The notes beneath the pieces were generated by a model, which had not been told where the DNA came from, ran no database searches, and worked only from the letters and a program-made list of their open reading frames with translations. The position numbers were made by a program, and so were the translations under genes. This document shows positions 62,560 through 64,000 of a DNA stretch of 64,000 nt, piece by piece. Positions within the stretch are counted from its first letter, which is position 1; each line of letters starts with the position of its first letter. Source of the stretch: Camelus dromedarius (lineage: Eukaryota); the NCBI RefSeq assembly GCF_036321535.1, contig NC_087437.1, positions 69,318,001 to 69,382,000 of the forward strand, in the 5' to 3' direction.

Positions 62560-62780
62560 TTAACCATCTGATAAGTATCTGGTACTGTGCTAGGTTTATG
62601 GTGATGAAGAAAATGGACATGGAGCTTGTAGCCAAGTAAGGAAGTAAATTTTAACGTGCAAATACTGGATAAATGTATATTTTAATTGGTGCTCCAATGA
62701 AAATATGCCTGGTAGATTTCTTAGATTGGGTGATCAGGTAAAAGTACTCCAAAGAGTGATGAAATTGAGACCAAAAAGAT
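62560..62780 (-). mobile_element. L2 fragment
   Basis: TCTGGTACTGTGCTAGG...GGTGATGAAGAAAATGGACATGGAGCTT...GGGTGATCAGG...GAGACCAAAAAGATGA. Confidence 0.5.
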
Positions 62781-63394
62781 GAAAAGTGAAGAGCAGTGCA
62801 TACACAGAAGCTACATAGGTGTCATTTACAAGCACACGCACGGGTTCTACTGGAAAGTGTTCATAAGGTAAAGTCATCTCATGAATCCTAAACAAGAGAC
62901 TCTGTGATAATTTAGATGCCTCACTAGGAAGGGGGTTGGTTTTAGAAGTACTTGGAGCAGATTGGCAAACCCATGGTTTACTCTCAAGGAAGACCCTTTT
63001 AATACGTTGGTGATAGGGTAGAAGGTAGCAGTCATCAGGGTAAAACACCGGTTACATATTTCTGGGGGAAAAAAAATCCATGACTTAAATTTGTAACAGA
63101 GTGGAGGGAGAAAGAAGGAAGGGCTGCAAAAGACAATTAAGTGGTAGCGTGTGTGACGTGCTGTGGGAAGGGAAATTCATGGAGCCTGGTTCTTCAGAAT
63201 CCACTGCAAGAGAGGTTGGAAGAGCTAGTCTTCTCATTATAATAATGTCAGCCATCCTTTACAAAGCCTATATGGGACATGTCTATACTACCCCCCAAAA
63301 AAGAGAGAACAATAATCCTTCAAAGGATTAAGCCATCTAATGTTTAATTCTGCAGGAAAATAAACCAAAAAGGGATGAAGAATCACCAGTACTT

Positions 63395-63400
63395 GAAAAG

Positions 63401-63431
<31 letters not shown>

Positions 63432-63521
63432 GAAAAGAAAAAAGAAAAGAAAAGAAAAGAAAAGAAAAGAAAAGAAAAGAAAAGAAAAGAAAAGAAAAGA
63501 AAAGAAAAAGAAAAGAAAAAA
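63395..63521. repeat. (GAAAA)n pentanucleotide microsatellite, ~127 bp
   Basis: Near-perfect GAAAA array with a few longer A-runs. Confidence 0.97.
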
Positions 63522-64000
63522 GCCAGTATGAGATATCACTGACTAGACAAGGGCATGCCTGTGGTGTTACTGGGGCCTTAAGTGATATCCCAGTGATCAA
63601 AAGAAACCTTCTGTAGGCCAGAGGATGTCTTTGAGAGACAATTAAGAGAACAGCCTCTGGTGATAAAATAGAGCAAATGGACTGCTCTATCCTTCTAGCA
63701 AAGATCAGCAATGGGATGGAAGAGAACCAAGGAATACTAGAAAGAGAATTTCATTTGCTTGGGATCACCTTCGAGTAGAAGCAAAATAAATGGCAATTTG
63801 TCAGACTGATCTCATCCCTCTAGGATAGATAATCAGGTATTTTCAGAAGGTGAGGAGGCAGCCTATCATCTTGAGGAGGGGATTTGACCGCTAAGCATGA
63901 GTACCAGCCTGGCACCTCATGATCAGGAGAATGGAAGAAGGGGGTGTGGAGATTCGTGGTCGCTGTTTTGTATAGAAGCTTATGACGTTTGGGAGAATTA

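Noticed and set aside
532..63711. The many 60-195 aa ORFs in the supplied track as host genes
   Set aside because: They are short, often lack an ATG start, and have no recognisable domains; those with recognisable motifs belong to decayed L1 or ERV frames or to microsatellites.
1..64000. Prokaryote-style systems (CRISPR arrays, operons, defence islands)
   Set aside because: The sequence is mammalian repeat-rich non-coding DNA; no repeat-spacer array or gene-dense segment was seen.

Overview
AT-rich mammalian non-coding DNA (long intron or gene desert). It is very probably camelid, because it carries two tRNA-derived vic-1-type SINEs and cetartiodactyl-type L1 ends. I found no intact protein-coding gene; nearly all ORF-track entries are chance ORFs or decayed transposon frames. 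Main contents: (1) an old two-LTR class III (ERV-S/ERV-L-like) provirus on the minus strand at 35636-42523, with gag-pro-pol remnants, a gamma-type env remnant and a younger solo LTR inside its integrase; (2) the 5' half of an L1 (50509-54960) that received a SINE, a class II-like solo LTR and a processed AKIRIN2 pseudogene fragment; (3) a 344-bp bipartite mini-L1 (5'UTR head fused to 3'UTR tail, with a candidate TSD) at 11651-11994; (4) a clean candidate recursive splice site (CAG|GTGAGT after a ~96-nt AG-free zone) at 4025/4026; (5) several unique CpG-retaining, homeobox/POU/FOX-motif blocks resembling developmental enhancers; (6) the usual MIR, L2, MLT, MER and L1 relics and microsatellites. 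Repeat family names come from recalled consensus motifs, not a database search, and boundaries of old repeats are approximate.
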